This document shows, piece after piece, positions 9,697 to 21,300 of a stretch of 64,000 bases of DNA. The notes beneath the pieces are model-generated. The model saw only the letters and a program-made list of their open reading frames with translations. It was not told where the DNA came from and made no database searches. Made by a program: the position numbers and the translations under genes. The DNA comes from Chamaesiphon sp. (GTDB lineage Bacteria > Cyanobacteriota > Cyanobacteriia > Cyanobacteriales > Chamaesiphonaceae), in NCBI GenBank assembly GCA_965246715.1, contig CBDFFH010000022.1, positions 111,404-175,403 on the forward strand, given 5' to 3'. Within the stretch, counting starts at the first letter, position 1. Each line of letters begins with the position of its first letter.

Positions 9697-10821
9697 CTAG
9701 ACATGACATACCCCACGAGCGAGATCGATCGCCTCTTTCAATACAAATATTTGTTGGCGTGGCTCACATAATTCTGTAGCTCTGGCAATTGCCGATGTCC
9801 TAAACTGTTGACATTTAGCTGGCTGCTGGACTAATTCCCGGAGTGATGAGGCAATTTCGCCGATATTCCCTGGCTCGACGGCATAGCCACACTCAGGTGT
9901 CACGATCTCACCACCACCGCCGATTGCCACCGTTACTACGGGCAATCCCGCAGATAAAGCTTCAATAAAAGCAATCCCAAACGGTTCGGCACTCAAGTTG
10001 GGCTGACAAAAAATATCGGCCGCTACGAGTAAATCTGGGACATCTTGACGTTCGCCTAAAAATCGCACCCGCCGTTCCAAACCCAGTTCTTGGACTTGGT
10101 GCTGCAATCGATCGGAATATTCGCGCTCGCTATCGCGCTGTATTCCTCCTACAATCCAGTATTCCCAATTTGGGAGGTCTTGTATCTGGGCTAATGCAGC
10201 AATCGCCAAATTATGTCCTTTCCAGCTTTCCAGCCGCGATACTTGAACGATAACCGTTGTATCTACTGCCGTTCCTAGTTGCTGTCGGACTTGTTGCCGC
10301 ACCTGCTGGGGATGAGCGCGCTCGATCGGTGTAACCGGGCAGTAGATAACGCGATCGGGGATATTCGGATACAGGCAATTCAAATGCTGTTGGGTATACC
10401 GACTATTCGCAATTACTAAGTCTGGTCGCGTGAATTTAGCCAATCGCTCGATCGTGCTTTGCCCAGTCGGGATATCATGACACCAAAAGATAAGTGGTAT
10501 GCCCATCTGTTTGACCGTGCTACCAAAAATCGCCTGCGGCCAACAGGCATGGCAAATGACTAAATCGATCGATTCTTGCCGAATGACACGCTTGAGCTGC
10601 GCTCTGGCTTGAAATGCTTGCCACGGATTACTGAGCTTCACCCCTCCAAGCTGATGGATTTTAACACCAGTAGTCGCTAACTCCTGAGATAATCTGCCCT
10701 CAAAACATAAAGCAAATTGCGGCTCCATCTCTGGGCAGAGATGCCGTTGGCGAGCTAGTGTCACCAGTAGCGTCTCGATCCCGCCAAATAAATTTCCGGC
10801 ATATACATGTAGAACTTTCAT
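9697..10821 (-). CDS. glycosyltransferase family 4
   Basis: GGIE at the N-terminus, WKGH and EPFGIAFIEALSAGLPVV motifs. Confidence 0.93.
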   Translation of the reverse strand: MKVLHVYAGNLFGGIETLLVTLARQRHLCPEMEPQFALCFEGRLSQELATTGVKIHQLGGVKLSNPWQAFQARAQLKRVIRQESIDLVICHACWPQAIFGSTVKQMGIPLIFWCHDIPTGQSTIERLAKFTRPDLVIANSRYTQQHLNCLYPNIPDRVIYCPVTPIERAHPQQVRQQVRQQLGTAVDTTVIVQVSRLESWKGHNLAIAALAQIQDLPNWEYWIVGGIQRDSEREYSDRLQHQVQELGLERRVRFLGERQDVPDLLVAADIFCQPNLSAEPFGIAFIEALSAGLPVVTVAIGGGGEIVTPECGYAVEPGNIGEIASSLRELVQQPAKCQQFRTSAIARATELCEPRQQIFVLKEAIDLARGVCHV

Positions 10822-10933
10822 GATTAGACCTTTTGTAAAAGTAAAAATATAGTCTTTTTTAGTATTTTTGTCGTCTAAAGTTCCGCCTGTATTAATTCAC
10901 TAAACCGTCGGAAAACAACAGAGTGTGCGAATC

Positions 10934-10970
10934 GCTATTCCCTATTCCCTATCCCTTATTCCCTCCCCAT
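10934..10970. repeat. short tandem heptamer repeat (CCCTATT-like, cyanobacterial STRR type)
   Basis: ctattccctattccctatcccttattccct; a similar run is at 56696-56720. Confidence 0.6.
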
Positions 10971-12185
10971 CTAGGCTTTCTGCTTGACTCGCAGCGTTGG
11001 AGCCTCAAACAAGAGATAAAAAACATAAGCGAAACCGATTGTCAACGGTAATACGATCCCAGCACGTACCAACCACTGAGCAGTGAGATCGATCGATAAA
11101 TTCGGCTCCACGAGCAGCGACCAGCACGAGACGATAATGGCATGAGTCAAATACAAGCTATATGAAAAACTAGCTAAGAACTTTGCTATTTTCCCGCTCA
11201 AACAAGCCAGCATCCAGTTCCCCCACTTCGTTCCTTTACTGCTCGCCTGCACCGAGGTCAGATACAGTAAAAATGCCAGTACCATCCCGCCAACACCATC
11301 ATCTTTACCACTTTGGAGCACGTAAGCAAATAGTAATGGTACGCGATCTAATAACTGTCCATCGCCACCGATGCGGAACGAAACGATCGTCACCACCAAT
11401 GCAATGGTAAATAAGCGAGAAATGAGGCGGTGATAACTTCTGCGCGGATGTTTGAGGATCTGGTGTGCCCAAATCGCCCCTTGCATCCCGATCGCAAACA
11501 GGCCGATGTACCACGGGCAAGCGACATAGACATCTTTGCCCCACCCAAAAAATGCTGGAACTATTCCTAGCCCAATTCCTATAGAGACCATGATGAAGGC
11601 ACCAAATTTACGATAGAGCGGCACAAAGACTAATGGCAGCAGGAAATAGATCTGCCATTCGGTGGCGACACTCCAGTGCGTGAAGTTGATGCTATTACTC
11701 CAGGCTGGATTGAGATTGTGAATCAACAGCAGGTGAGAGACGATCGTATCAGCACGCAAACCGCTGGCAACATCAGTAGCTGTAGCTGCGGAGAAAAATT
11801 GCTGTCCGATCCACAGAAAAATTAGCGAGCCAGCCAGTGCAGCATAATAAGGTGGCATAATTCGTTTTGCCCGCCGCAGGATATAGCCTTTAAACCCGCC
11901 CCGAATTTTGAGCTGAGGATTGGCAAGTACGCCTAACATCAAACTCAAACCGGAAACAACGATAAAAATACTGACCGATGCGTGCCCGAATCGCAGTAGA
12001 TTAGATGCGACCTTAATTGGCAATGGCAAAGTCTCTAACGATCGATGCCAAAATAAAAAATGATAGAAAGTGACATACAGTGCCGAAAAGCCCCGGACTC
12101 CATCTAGAAATTCCAACCGTATTGTCGGGTGATGAGTATGAACATCAGCTTGGTTTTTAGTTATGAGTTCGGATGAGGTCAACAT
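10971..12185 (-). CDS. acyltransferase family 3 (OafA-like O-acyltransferase)
   Basis: LDGVRG, FIVVSG, RRAKRIMPPY, WSVATEWQIY and SYSLYLTH motifs; multiple TM segments. Confidence 0.92.
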   Translation of the reverse strand: MLTSSELITKNQADVHTHHPTIRLEFLDGVRGFSALYVTFYHFLFWHRSLETLPLPIKVASNLLRFGHASVSIFIVVSGLSLMLGVLANPQLKIRGGFKGYILRRAKRIMPPYYAALAGSLIFLWIGQQFFSAATATDVASGLRADTIVSHLLLIHNLNPAWSNSINFTHWSVATEWQIYFLLPLVFVPLYRKFGAFIMVSIGIGLGIVPAFFGWGKDVYVACPWYIGLFAIGMQGAIWAHQILKHPRRSYHRLISRLFTIALVVTIVSFRIGGDGQLLDRVPLLFAYVLQSGKDDGVGGMVLAFLLYLTSVQASSKGTKWGNWMLACLSGKIAKFLASFSYSLYLTHAIIVSCWSLLVEPNLSIDLTAQWLVRAGIVLPLTIGFAYVFYLLFEAPTLRVKQKA

Positions 12186-12220
12186 AATATCTCGTGTCGG
12201 AGCGTGATTGCGGTTTCCAT

Positions 12221-13444
12221 TTAGGGGGTAAAGTCTCCGGAAATTTCTAACTCGCTGGATGCCATCAAACTTGCCGTTTGTCCGAGTTGGCGTTCCTTGG
12301 CAAACCGCTGGTAGATCGCTAAACTCCGCTGTGCCATCATCGAATCGCTAAACTTCTCTGCCCGGAGTCTCGCGCCTCGAGCGAGGCGTTCGCGGAGTCC
12401 TTCCTCTTCGAGTAACCGCCGCGCCGCTTCGCCAAAAGCCCGTGGGTTATCGATCTTTACCGTCAAACCCTCTCGCTCGTGTCGACATACCCACGGCACG
12501 CCACTCCCGGAAATATCACAATTGATCGCGGGACAACCGCTGGCCATCGCCTCTACTTGCACCATTCCAAAGGCTTCACTGCGAACGTTCGAGGGAAACC
12601 ATAACGCTGTCGCAGCATGATAGGCGGCAACCAATTCCACATCGCTAGTTTTGCCCAGCCACACTACCCGATCTGCGACATTTAATTCGTAGGCAGTTTT
12701 TTGTAAATCGTCCATTAATGGCCCAGTACCGACGATTAATAGTTTGCCTGGGACGTGTTGCAGTGCGGCGATCGCAATATGGAAAGATTTGTAATAGACC
12801 ATTCGCCCTACTGCCAGCCAAATAACATCCCCATGTTCGGCTTTTAATTGCTGCGCTCGATCGAGTGTACTTTGTGGGGGATTGGTAAAGGTCGATAGCT
12901 CTAACCCGAGCGGCAATACATTCAATTTCTGACGGTAAAGTCGTAAAAATTTCGAGCCTTTTTGGTATGCTTTACTGGTAGTCAAGATAATTTTTGCTTG
13001 GCTATAAATGAGATGTTCGATCGGCCGAAACAAGTACTTGAGCACTTTTTGCCGGATCGCATCGCTATGGTGGGTAATCACTAAGTTCCGGCGAATCTTC
13101 CCCGTCAGCATCAATGCAAGTAACATTGTGGGATTGGGAGTATGAACGTGAAAAATCGTATCAGAGAACTTAGCAAAGTATCGAATATAGAAAAATAATG
13201 ACGGGCAAAAATCTAACTTTAAGAATGAAGCAATTCTCCCAACTTTGATTACTTGTACTCGATCGTTAAAGGTAATTTCTGTTTTAGTGTGCTGCGAAAG
13301 TTGGGCCTCATCGTTAAAACTATTTACACAAATAATACAAACATCCGCACCTAATTTAGCTTGCTTTTGAGCTAATGTTTCGACATGACTTTCCATCCCA
13401 CCGTAGAGCGGCGAATGATATTTAGCTAGGTGAACTATTCTCAT
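12221..13444 (-). CDS. glycosyltransferase family 4
   Basis: GGME, HTPNP, VGRMVYYK and SEAFGMVQVEAMASG motifs. Confidence 0.93.
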   Translation of the reverse strand: MRIVHLAKYHSPLYGGMESHVETLAQKQAKLGADVCIICVNSFNDEAQLSQHTKTEITFNDRVQVIKVGRIASFLKLDFCPSLFFYIRYFAKFSDTIFHVHTPNPTMLLALMLTGKIRRNLVITHHSDAIRQKVLKYLFRPIEHLIYSQAKIILTTSKAYQKGSKFLRLYRQKLNVLPLGLELSTFTNPPQSTLDRAQQLKAEHGDVIWLAVGRMVYYKSFHIAIAALQHVPGKLLIVGTGPLMDDLQKTAYELNVADRVVWLGKTSDVELVAAYHAATALWFPSNVRSEAFGMVQVEAMASGCPAINCDISGSGVPWVCRHEREGLTVKIDNPRAFGEAARRLLEEEGLRERLARGARLRAEKFSDSMMAQRSLAIYQRFAKERQLGQTASLMASSELEISGDFTP

Positions 13445-13615
13445 GATTTACTAATGATAGTATCGATTGATTGATGAGTTTTACTCGATCGGCTAGCGAC
13501 GAGTACAGGAGCGAGCCGATTTTAAAATGATTAAAGCGATTGACAAAGTAAGGTGACGAGATTCAATTTTTAATCCGCCACCATTGCGGGCTATTTTCAA
13601 TTCAATGTTTAACTG

Positions 13616-15946
13616 CTAAATCAATTGATGTTTTTGACGATCGATTGCATATTTTTGATTAGATTCTTGATAGTATTGGTAGTGCTCTTGATATCCAGAA
13701 TGCTCGGTTTCTACGCGATTGATTACCAATCCTAAGACTGGAGTTTGAATCGATGAAATAATATCGATTGCTCGATCGATCGTCTGGCGTTGTGCGACAT
13801 TCAGACTAACGATATAAACCAACCCATCTACCAAAGTGGCAATCAAGCGAGTATCGCTAACTCCGACGATCGGTGGCGTGTCGAAGATCACATAGTCATA
13901 ATCGTTGCGCCAGCGATCGATCTGTCGTTTGAATTGTTGAGAATTAATTAACGAAATGGAGTTCACCAGCATCGGGCCAGAAAACAACACATCTAAATTA
14001 AATTTAGAACTCTTCTTGATAAGATCTTTATAGTCAAATCCATTGACGATAGCATTAGTCAATCCCATCTCATCCGCACAATCTACAGATTTAAATAACT
14101 CTGAGTTATGGCACAATTTTGGAATCGTGGATTTATGTAGATCTAGATCGACTAATAAGACGCGATAGCCGAGTTCGGCTAAGGTGATACTAGTATGAAA
14201 ACTAATCGTTGATTTACCTTCCTTCGGTACTGCCGAAGTCATTGCCAATACTTTGCCACATCGATCTTCAGTATCACTAACTAGTCCGATATCGAGTACT
14301 AGCATCCGCAACGATTCGAGGAAGCTCCAGTAAGAGTAGTTCTTAGTGTTGCTCGTTGTCGCTGGGAGGACATCATTGCCCCCACGTAATGCGAGCTGCT
14401 CTAGATCGGCCATTTTGGGTACCAGAGTTAAGATCGGCATCCCGGTCATTGCTTTGAGAGTATCTGGATTGTCGATCCGATTATTTTGACTATTTCTGAG
14501 TTTATTTAATCCAACTGCCGCACCGATCCCCAGTACCAAACTACCTAAAGCACCCAATAATAATTGTTGGCTGACATTTGGGAAAATTGGGATGTGAGGT
14601 AATTCTGGCGGGTCGAGTAAAGTCCACGGTACGACTTGCTCGGCATCCGCAATTTTTAACTCTTGCAACTTTTGAAGAAAGGCATTCAACTCTTGAGAGG
14701 ACATCGTATATTGCCGTTGCAATTCGGTATATTGTTGTTGCAGGCTGGGCAATTGGGCGATTTGGGTTTCGATTTCCTGATAAACCTTTTCCAAACCCTG
14801 ATATTGAGCGGTTTGAGCAGTTAAAAGCGTTTCGATATCTGCTTGCTTATTGGCGAGATTTTGGGCGAGACTGTTACCAAAATTAGCAATACCACCATTG
14901 GTTAAATCGGTATTCGATACATCGCGTTTGAGAACTTGCTGCGCTCTATTTTTAAGAAGTGCTAGCACTTCATCGCGTTTTTCCCTAACACTTATCAAAC
15001 TTGGACTATTGTCAGTCAGTCGGAGTTTTTCTTGACTGTATAGTAGTTCCAGTTCGTTAAGTTTTTTGAATAACTCTTGATAGGCGGTATCTTGAGTCAA
15101 CATCGTCGTACTCAAAGTATTATTTGCAGTCAAGCCAACTTTAGTTAATTGTTTTTTGAGCTGCTCGTCTTGTTTGAGCGTCTCTTTATACTTGACTCTA
15201 TTTTCGTTCAAAGATTTTAATACTTCTTGACGATATTCTGCTAGCCCTTTAGCGGAGCTTTCGGGATCGATAAACCGATAACTGCGCCGAAAACCTTCGA
15301 GCTGTTTAGAGGCAGTTTTGAGCCTTTGCCGCGATTTGGGGATCTGCGACTCGATAAAGCCGATCGAATTATCGGTTCTGGCTTTTTTAGTTTTAATCCC
15401 GTAATCGATATAAATATTACTTAAGGCATTAAGATTGGCGACGATTCGTTGAGGATTGGTATCTGTATAAGTAATCGTTAAAGTATTGGTAGTTTGTCCG
15501 GTTTGAATCGTAAGATTTTGTACGACCGTATCTACCGAGGAACGCAAATTGGGATCGGGGATCGTATCGATCGCTTTTTGAACGATCGTTTTACTCTTCA
15601 ATTTTTGGACGATCGTATCCAGTGTCGTACTGCGATCGTCGCCTATCCCAGCGCCAGTTCCACCTGCTACAACGCTGATTTTTTCAGCGATCGATGTCGA
15701 ATTTTTCAACTCGATCGCAATCTGGACTGAAGACTTATAGATCTTAGGTTCTTTAAATGTTTTATAAGCGATTCCTGCCATCAATAGCGAGCTGACGATC
15801 GCCGTTACATACCAATACTTGCGTAAGCTAGTCAGAACCATCCCCAGGCTCATTTCCCGCTCTGGTGATAAGCGGATATTACTGGAGGGAGTGATGATTT
15901 CAGAAGTTGAAGATCGACTGATTCGATCGTGGGATGATTCAAACAT
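13616..15946 (-). CDS. wzc: Wzc/GumC-type polysaccharide co-polymerase and tyrosine autokinase
   Basis: N-terminal TM, coiled coil, second TM, Walker A SAVPKEGKST, VLLVDLD, VIFDTPP and a C-terminal Tyr cluster (GYQEHYQYY). Confidence 0.92.
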   Translation of the reverse strand: MFESSHDRISRSSTSEIITPSSNIRLSPEREMSLGMVLTSLRKYWYVTAIVSSLLMAGIAYKTFKEPKIYKSSVQIAIELKNSTSIAEKISVVAGGTGAGIGDDRSTTLDTIVQKLKSKTIVQKAIDTIPDPNLRSSVDTVVQNLTIQTGQTTNTLTITYTDTNPQRIVANLNALSNIYIDYGIKTKKARTDNSIGFIESQIPKSRQRLKTASKQLEGFRRSYRFIDPESSAKGLAEYRQEVLKSLNENRVKYKETLKQDEQLKKQLTKVGLTANNTLSTTMLTQDTAYQELFKKLNELELLYSQEKLRLTDNSPSLISVREKRDEVLALLKNRAQQVLKRDVSNTDLTNGGIANFGNSLAQNLANKQADIETLLTAQTAQYQGLEKVYQEIETQIAQLPSLQQQYTELQRQYTMSSQELNAFLQKLQELKIADAEQVVPWTLLDPPELPHIPIFPNVSQQLLLGALGSLVLGIGAAVGLNKLRNSQNNRIDNPDTLKAMTGMPILTLVPKMADLEQLALRGGNDVLPATTSNTKNYSYWSFLESLRMLVLDIGLVSDTEDRCGKVLAMTSAVPKEGKSTISFHTSITLAELGYRVLLVDLDLHKSTIPKLCHNSELFKSVDCADEMGLTNAIVNGFDYKDLIKKSSKFNLDVLFSGPMLVNSISLINSQQFKRQIDRWRNDYDYVIFDTPPIVGVSDTRLIATLVDGLVYIVSLNVAQRQTIDRAIDIISSIQTPVLGLVINRVETEHSGYQEHYQYYQESNQKYAIDRQKHQLI

Positions 15947-16172
15947 ATTGTGCCGATCTACAGGTGAACTGTATATTCCTGACTAGATACAATGTCACTT
16001 AGGGGTGACTGTTAAAAATTTAACATGCGTTTTTTGGGAATACACAGAGGGCTGACGATATTTAGGCTAATTGACTCAGCGAGTCTCATGCATAAGTAGT
16101 AGTCGATGTGACAGTAATGGGATTTCTTCATCCACATTGGGCTAAAACTGGGCTGGCAAAGGTAATTTCCGA

Positions 16173-16316
16173 TCCTCTTGGTGCTGGCAGATTTTTATTT
16201 GCTTGTACACAATAACCCTGCCTACCGGTTAATTGTGTCGGGATGCCCCTGATGGCAGTGGTGTCAACTTGAGGCTCGAACACACTTGTCAAGCAGATTC
16301 TGAGAGCGACCGATCG
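16173..16316 (+). ncRNA. ssrS: probable 6S RNA (cyanobacterial 6Sa)
   Basis: Long imperfect hairpin: ttggtgct pairs with agcgaccga, gcttg with caagc and ctgcc with ggcag, around an asymmetric central bubble. The 5' cctcttggtgctgg and ggcagtggtgtcaacttgagg segments resemble cyanobacterial 6S as I recall it. G-U pairs favour the + strand. Confidence 0.68.
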
Positions 16317-16607
16317 ACTGTCGAATAACATCTCCAGCGTTTTAATGCAAGCGTACTTGTCGATAGTGATGCTAGCAATTTATGCTGTTCTACTGTCAAT
16401 TCTGTAGTGTAGGATTGAGTCATGACTTCCTAGATAGCTGTTTAGATCTAAGAATTTTATCCAGATTAACAAGTCTAGGGCGCTTTTTTACTAGTGCTTA
16501 TTTATATTTTCTAAATATTTTCCGAACACAAGGCAGCGATCGAGCGGGAGCGATGGTAGTAGTCAAAGACTACCGACTTTATTAGTAATAACAAATAAGA
16601 AATAATA

Positions 16608-17456
16608 GTGGAAATTGGCATTGTCGGAATTGGATTGATCGGCGCATCTCTAGGATGGGATTTTCGCCAACTGGGGCATCGAGTAATCGGAGTAAGTTTA
16701 CAGACGACTACTTGCGAAATTGCCGAACGGGAAGGAATTTGCGATCGAGCTAGCTGCGATCTCGCTAGTCTAAAAGATACCGAAATTATCTTTATTTGTA
16801 CGCCGATCGGGGCGATTTTGCCAACGATCGAACGACTGATGCCCCATCTGCATCCCGAGACAATTATCACCGATGCCGGTTCGGTCAAAGGCGCGATCGT
16901 CGATCCGGCTACAGCGCTGTGGGCAAATTTTGTCGGTGGACACCCGATGGCGGGTAACTCTGAAAGTGGGATTGCGGCCTTTGAGAAGCGGTTATTTGCA
17001 CAGCGACCTTATGTTTTAACCCCGATCGCCACAACGCAGGTGGCGGCGTTAGAACGTGTAGCTGAGTTGGTACGCTCGTTAGATTGCATTCTGTATCATG
17101 CGACTCCTGCGGAACACGATCTCGCGGTAGCCTGGATTTCGCATTTACCAGTGATGGTAAGTGCCAGTTTGCTCGGTGCTTGTCTGGACGAACCAGATCC
17201 GCAGATTCTCAACTTAGCCAAGAAATTTGCCAGCACGGGTTTTAAAGATACCAGTCGGGTGGGTGCGGGTAACCCCGAAATGGGAATGATGATGGCCCAA
17301 TACAATCGCGATGCTTTATTACGATCGCTACTTAGTTATCGAGATCGATTGGATAATTTAATCGACTCGATCGAGGTAGAAAAATGGACGGATGTTCGAG
17401 ATTTATTAGCTCAAAATCAATCCGTCCGTCCTGAATTTTTGAATCCTGAAGATTAG
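16608..17456 (+). CDS. tyrA: prephenate/arogenate dehydrogenase
   Basis: GIGLIGAS Rossmann motif, TDAGSVK, GGHPMAG, HDLAVAWISHLP and GFKDTSRV. Confidence 0.95.
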   Translation: MEIGIVGIGLIGASLGWDFRQLGHRVIGVSLQTTTCEIAEREGICDRASCDLASLKDTEIIFICTPIGAILPTIERLMPHLHPETIITDAGSVKGAIVDPATALWANFVGGHPMAGNSESGIAAFEKRLFAQRPYVLTPIATTQVAALERVAELVRSLDCILYHATPAEHDLAVAWISHLPVMVSASLLGACLDEPDPQILNLAKKFASTGFKDTSRVGAGNPEMGMMMAQYNRDALLRSLLSYRDRLDNLIDSIEVEKWTDVRDLLAQNQSVRPEFLNPED

Positions 17457-17538
17457 GCTAATGGCTAGTATACTTTATTCGATCGATAAATACTAAATAT
17501 TAGCAAGTAGTAATTAAATAATCCACAACTCCCAATAT

Positions 17539-18093
17539 CTAATGTCGCATCTTCTCCTGTAACTCAATTTGACGTTGACGCACTTGGCGGTGTTCGGGAT
17601 CGATGCCGTCGAAAGTTGGCGGGAGCCAAACTCGCACTACGAGTAACACCGCCATCACCAGCAAGAACGCACAAGTAGCTAAGATTTGACTCCACTGAAC
17701 TTCGAGAATGTTATTAACAATAATCTCGCGTAATACTGAAACGATCGCGACTTCTACCGCCACTCCCACCGAAACTCGTTGTTCCTGGAGATAGATAATT
17801 AGCAGTCGAAATAATTCAACTAAAATCAGTAGGTAGAGGATATCCGCAGTTACATCACGAAAGTGTGAAGGCGGTAACAGCGAAAAAAACATCGCCCGAA
17901 TTTGAATCGTCATCACGCTAAATAAGCCGATGCAGAGAGAGACGACAATGATATCTTGGACTGTTTCTAGAATCCCCACGATCGCAGCTTTTGTCGGCAA
18001 CAACGATCGACCTTTGACTGTTGATTCGCCAACAATTGGTTGTAATAAATTTTCTGCCCGAGCATCGATTTGGTGCATAAAAAATTGCCTCAT
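17539..18093 (-). CDS. PsiE-family (phosphate-starvation-inducible E-like) membrane protein
   Basis: Four TM segments; LILVELFRLLIIY and VEVAIVSVLREII motifs. Confidence 0.75.
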   Translation of the reverse strand: MRQFFMHQIDARAENLLQPIVGESTVKGRSLLPTKAAIVGILETVQDIIVVSLCIGLFSVMTIQIRAMFFSLLPPSHFRDVTADILYLLILVELFRLLIIYLQEQRVSVGVAVEVAIVSVLREIIVNNILEVQWSQILATCAFLLVMAVLLVVRVWLPPTFDGIDPEHRQVRQRQIELQEKMRH

Positions 18094-18276
18094 GCTGTGG
18101 TCTTGTCACCTACTGTACAAGACATGCTAGCAATCGAGCAATACCGTAAAGATTTGAATCACTGATATGTGTAATTTGGAGAACTAGTAGATGGATTATG
18201 AGATCGACATTAACACCAGCTAATTATGGATGGTAAAAGTATAAATTTCAATTTAATATTCGCTCGATCGAGCGAC

Positions 18277-18316
18277 AAAAAAGCAGCAACTTATCATCGA
18301 TAAGTTGCTGCTTTTT
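18277..18316. terminator. intrinsic terminator (possibly bidirectional)
   Basis: aaaaaagcagcaacttatc-atc-gataagttgctgcttttt; perfect stem with A/T tails downstream of the 18339-21437 gene. Confidence 0.8.
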
Positions 18317-18338
18317 GCTAACAATAAATAACTAGTTA

Positions 18339-21300
18339 CTAGCTAGGATTGGTGCGGATCCATAATGGCGCAGAACGAGCCAGCATTAACCAGCTACCAG
18401 TGCCAGTTACATAACCGATTTCGGTTAGATAACGCCGTTCGCTCTGGGCGATCGGTAATTCTAAATCCCATGCCGAATCATTACATTCAAACTCTTGAAA
18501 AGTTGTCGGTAACTCGACATTTGGATCGACATCAGTAACATCATAAAGACGCACTACCAACTTTTGACCGCCCTGTTCCCGCAATTGCCGTTTGAGCCGT
18601 ACGGGGATTTCCCAATGCGTATAAGCTTGAGTTGGATTGGCAGAAACTAGGGTAATTTGACCTTCGCTATAAAGATTGCCAGAAAGTTCGCCACTGCGAT
18701 CGACTGCTGCCGGATCTATCCCTGCGAAGAAAGATTGGAATGCTTGTCCGGCTCCGGCTGCTGCAGCTGCGCCACCAGCTAATGCCGCACCACCACCTGC
18801 TAAAGCGGCACCGCCCATCCCTTTGGCATCATCGAGAAAACCAGTAGATTTTTCGGTTAGCGTGTCAAAAAAGCCGCTTGGATCGGGCTTTTGATTGTCT
18901 TTTTCGATATCCCCTGTTTCTTCACCGAGTAAATCCGATAAACCAGCAAATGGATCGTCGTCTAAACTGTCGAAATCGATCGCTTCTAAATCGCGATCGA
19001 AGGTATCCAGTTCGGGATTGCGTGATTCTAACTCTGAGATCTCTGATTTGTTGCCACCAAACAATGCGGCACCACCAGCGATCGTTGCGGCTCCAGCTGC
19101 GCCGACTGCGGCTCCACTACCTGTAAAGAAGTCCCCAGCTTTGTCGGTTAAATCGCCGAAGGGGTCACTATCAAGGTCGAAGTTGATGCCTTCAGGCATT
19201 AAATCCGCAGCTTTGTCCTGGAGTTCGCCAGCTTTGTCTTTAACTGAGTCGAGCGGATTTGACAGATTGAATGGGTCTGGGTTGGCACTATCGCCTGGTT
19301 CTTCCAACCAGAGTCCTTCCGAGATATCTTCTGCTGTTTGACCGCCGAAGAAGTTGCTGACTGATTGACCCGCACCGCCTGCCAAGGCAGCACCCCCAGC
19401 GATCGCGGCACCGCCTGCAGCAGTAGCGGCTGCACCACCATCTTTAAAGAAGTCGCCAACTTTATCTAAAGGATTGTTTGAAGTACCCTCGGGGAGCAGA
19501 TCGCCAATACCTTCAAATGAAGAAAAATCGACATTGCCGTCGGGAATTAGCTCTTCAGGCTGGCTTTGGATGCCACCAGCCAACAGATCCGCATCGTCGG
19601 GTGTTTCGAGGCTCAGATCGGCTGACTCTGGCTGGTCGTAACCGCCAAAGAGATTACCAACTGCGTTCCCAGCACCCCCAGCTAAGGCTGCGCCACCTGC
19701 TAGCGCTGCACCACCGAGTGCAGCGGCATTTGCACCACCATCGGCGATCGCATCGCCGACTTTATCCCGAACGCCATCTAATGGATTCTTGAGATCGAGA
19801 TTTGGGAGGAGGTTAGAAGATTTATCCGTCAACCCTTCGAGTGGGTTGGAGAGGTCTGGAGTTGCGATTTCTGGCGGGTGCAGTTCGCCTACTGGCTCGT
19901 TCGCACGGTCGAACATGCCTTTACCGATTGCAGCTGCGGCTGCGGCTCCACCGGCGATCGCCGCTCCACCTGCGAGGTTGATATCGTTGGCTTTGTCTTT
20001 AACCGAATCGACTACGCCATTAAAATTAACGTTGGGGGTATTTAAATTGGGTCGTGGCGGTAAAGTACCGGACAGATCGCCCGATCGTAAGTCACCCGAT
20101 CGCAGATCGTCTGCCGGCCGGAAGCCACCCAATCCTGAAGATAAGTCGCCAGATAAGTCGCCGGACAAACCATCACCTCGAGATGTCCGCGATGGTGGTG
20201 GTGGATACAGTGGTTTGAGTCCTGGTGGTTGTTCGGGAGTGGTTGTTACTGCCGATCGAGGTGGCTCTTCGGTGGGTTTCTTCCGTCCCAATAGCCATAA
20301 CAATCCACCGCCGATCGCCAATAAAGGTAAGATCCACCACGGGAATCCACCTTTTCCGGCGGTGGTAGTGGTGTTGGTCGTGGTCGTGGTCGTAGCAGCC
20401 GGTTCGCTACTGGGAGTAGTCGTTGGAATGGTTCCCGTAGTCTCGGTACCAGTAGTTCCAGTGGTGCTAGTTCCAGCTCCAGTGGTAGGAGGTGTGGTGC
20501 TAGTCGCTTCAGTTCCAGTGGTGGTAGTTGTTGTAGTGTTAGGCGTTGTGGCTACAGCTCCAGCCGCGATCGCTTCTTTGACTGCTGTTTGACCGGAGGT
20601 ATCGCTGACATATCCGAGAAATGCCTTAGCGCCATCGCTAACTTTGCCGCCTTGATTTTTGTAGGCGTAAGCAAGCGGCTGAGAGAAGGGATATTTAGGA
20701 TTGTCCGGTTGGGTGCTATGAAGCGTAACGGCTCTAATTCCGGGAATATTTTTGATTTGGTCGGCGGGTGCATACCCGATCCCATCCTCGCCTAATTTAT
20801 CGACGACTGCTTGAGTAGAGTCTTCAGTCAGTTTTTGGGCATTACTCCCAGTTCTAAGCTTACCATTTTGAAATACTGGGTAATTAGCAAACGCACGCCG
20901 CGTATCACTAGTCTCAGGTCGATCGATCACTTTGATTTTGCCCTTAGCACCATTGGCACTAGGCAACTGCGACCAATCTGTTACTTCACCCCGATAAATC
21001 TTGGCAAAATCTTTGAGGGTGAGATTGCCTTTATACGGGTTAGTGTCTTTGACAATAATCGCGATCTTGGATCTACCGATTGTCTTCGCCGCTAGACCTT
21101 GAGCTTTTTCGGTTTTGGTAAGCGGACGGCCGATCCCTGCCAGATCGGCTTTGTTTGTTTCAACTGCTTTAATGCCGCTGTCGCTGCCCTGATACTGTGT
21201 CGGTATGGTGACATCAGCACCTGGAAATTGCTTTTGAAACCGCTCTTTGAGGCCTTGATTGACAGCTTGCATACTGCTAGAACCATCAATTTGCACTTTG

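Noticed and set aside
16128..16331. 67-aa minus-strand ORF
   Set aside because: It has no protein motif and overlaps the predicted 6S RNA.
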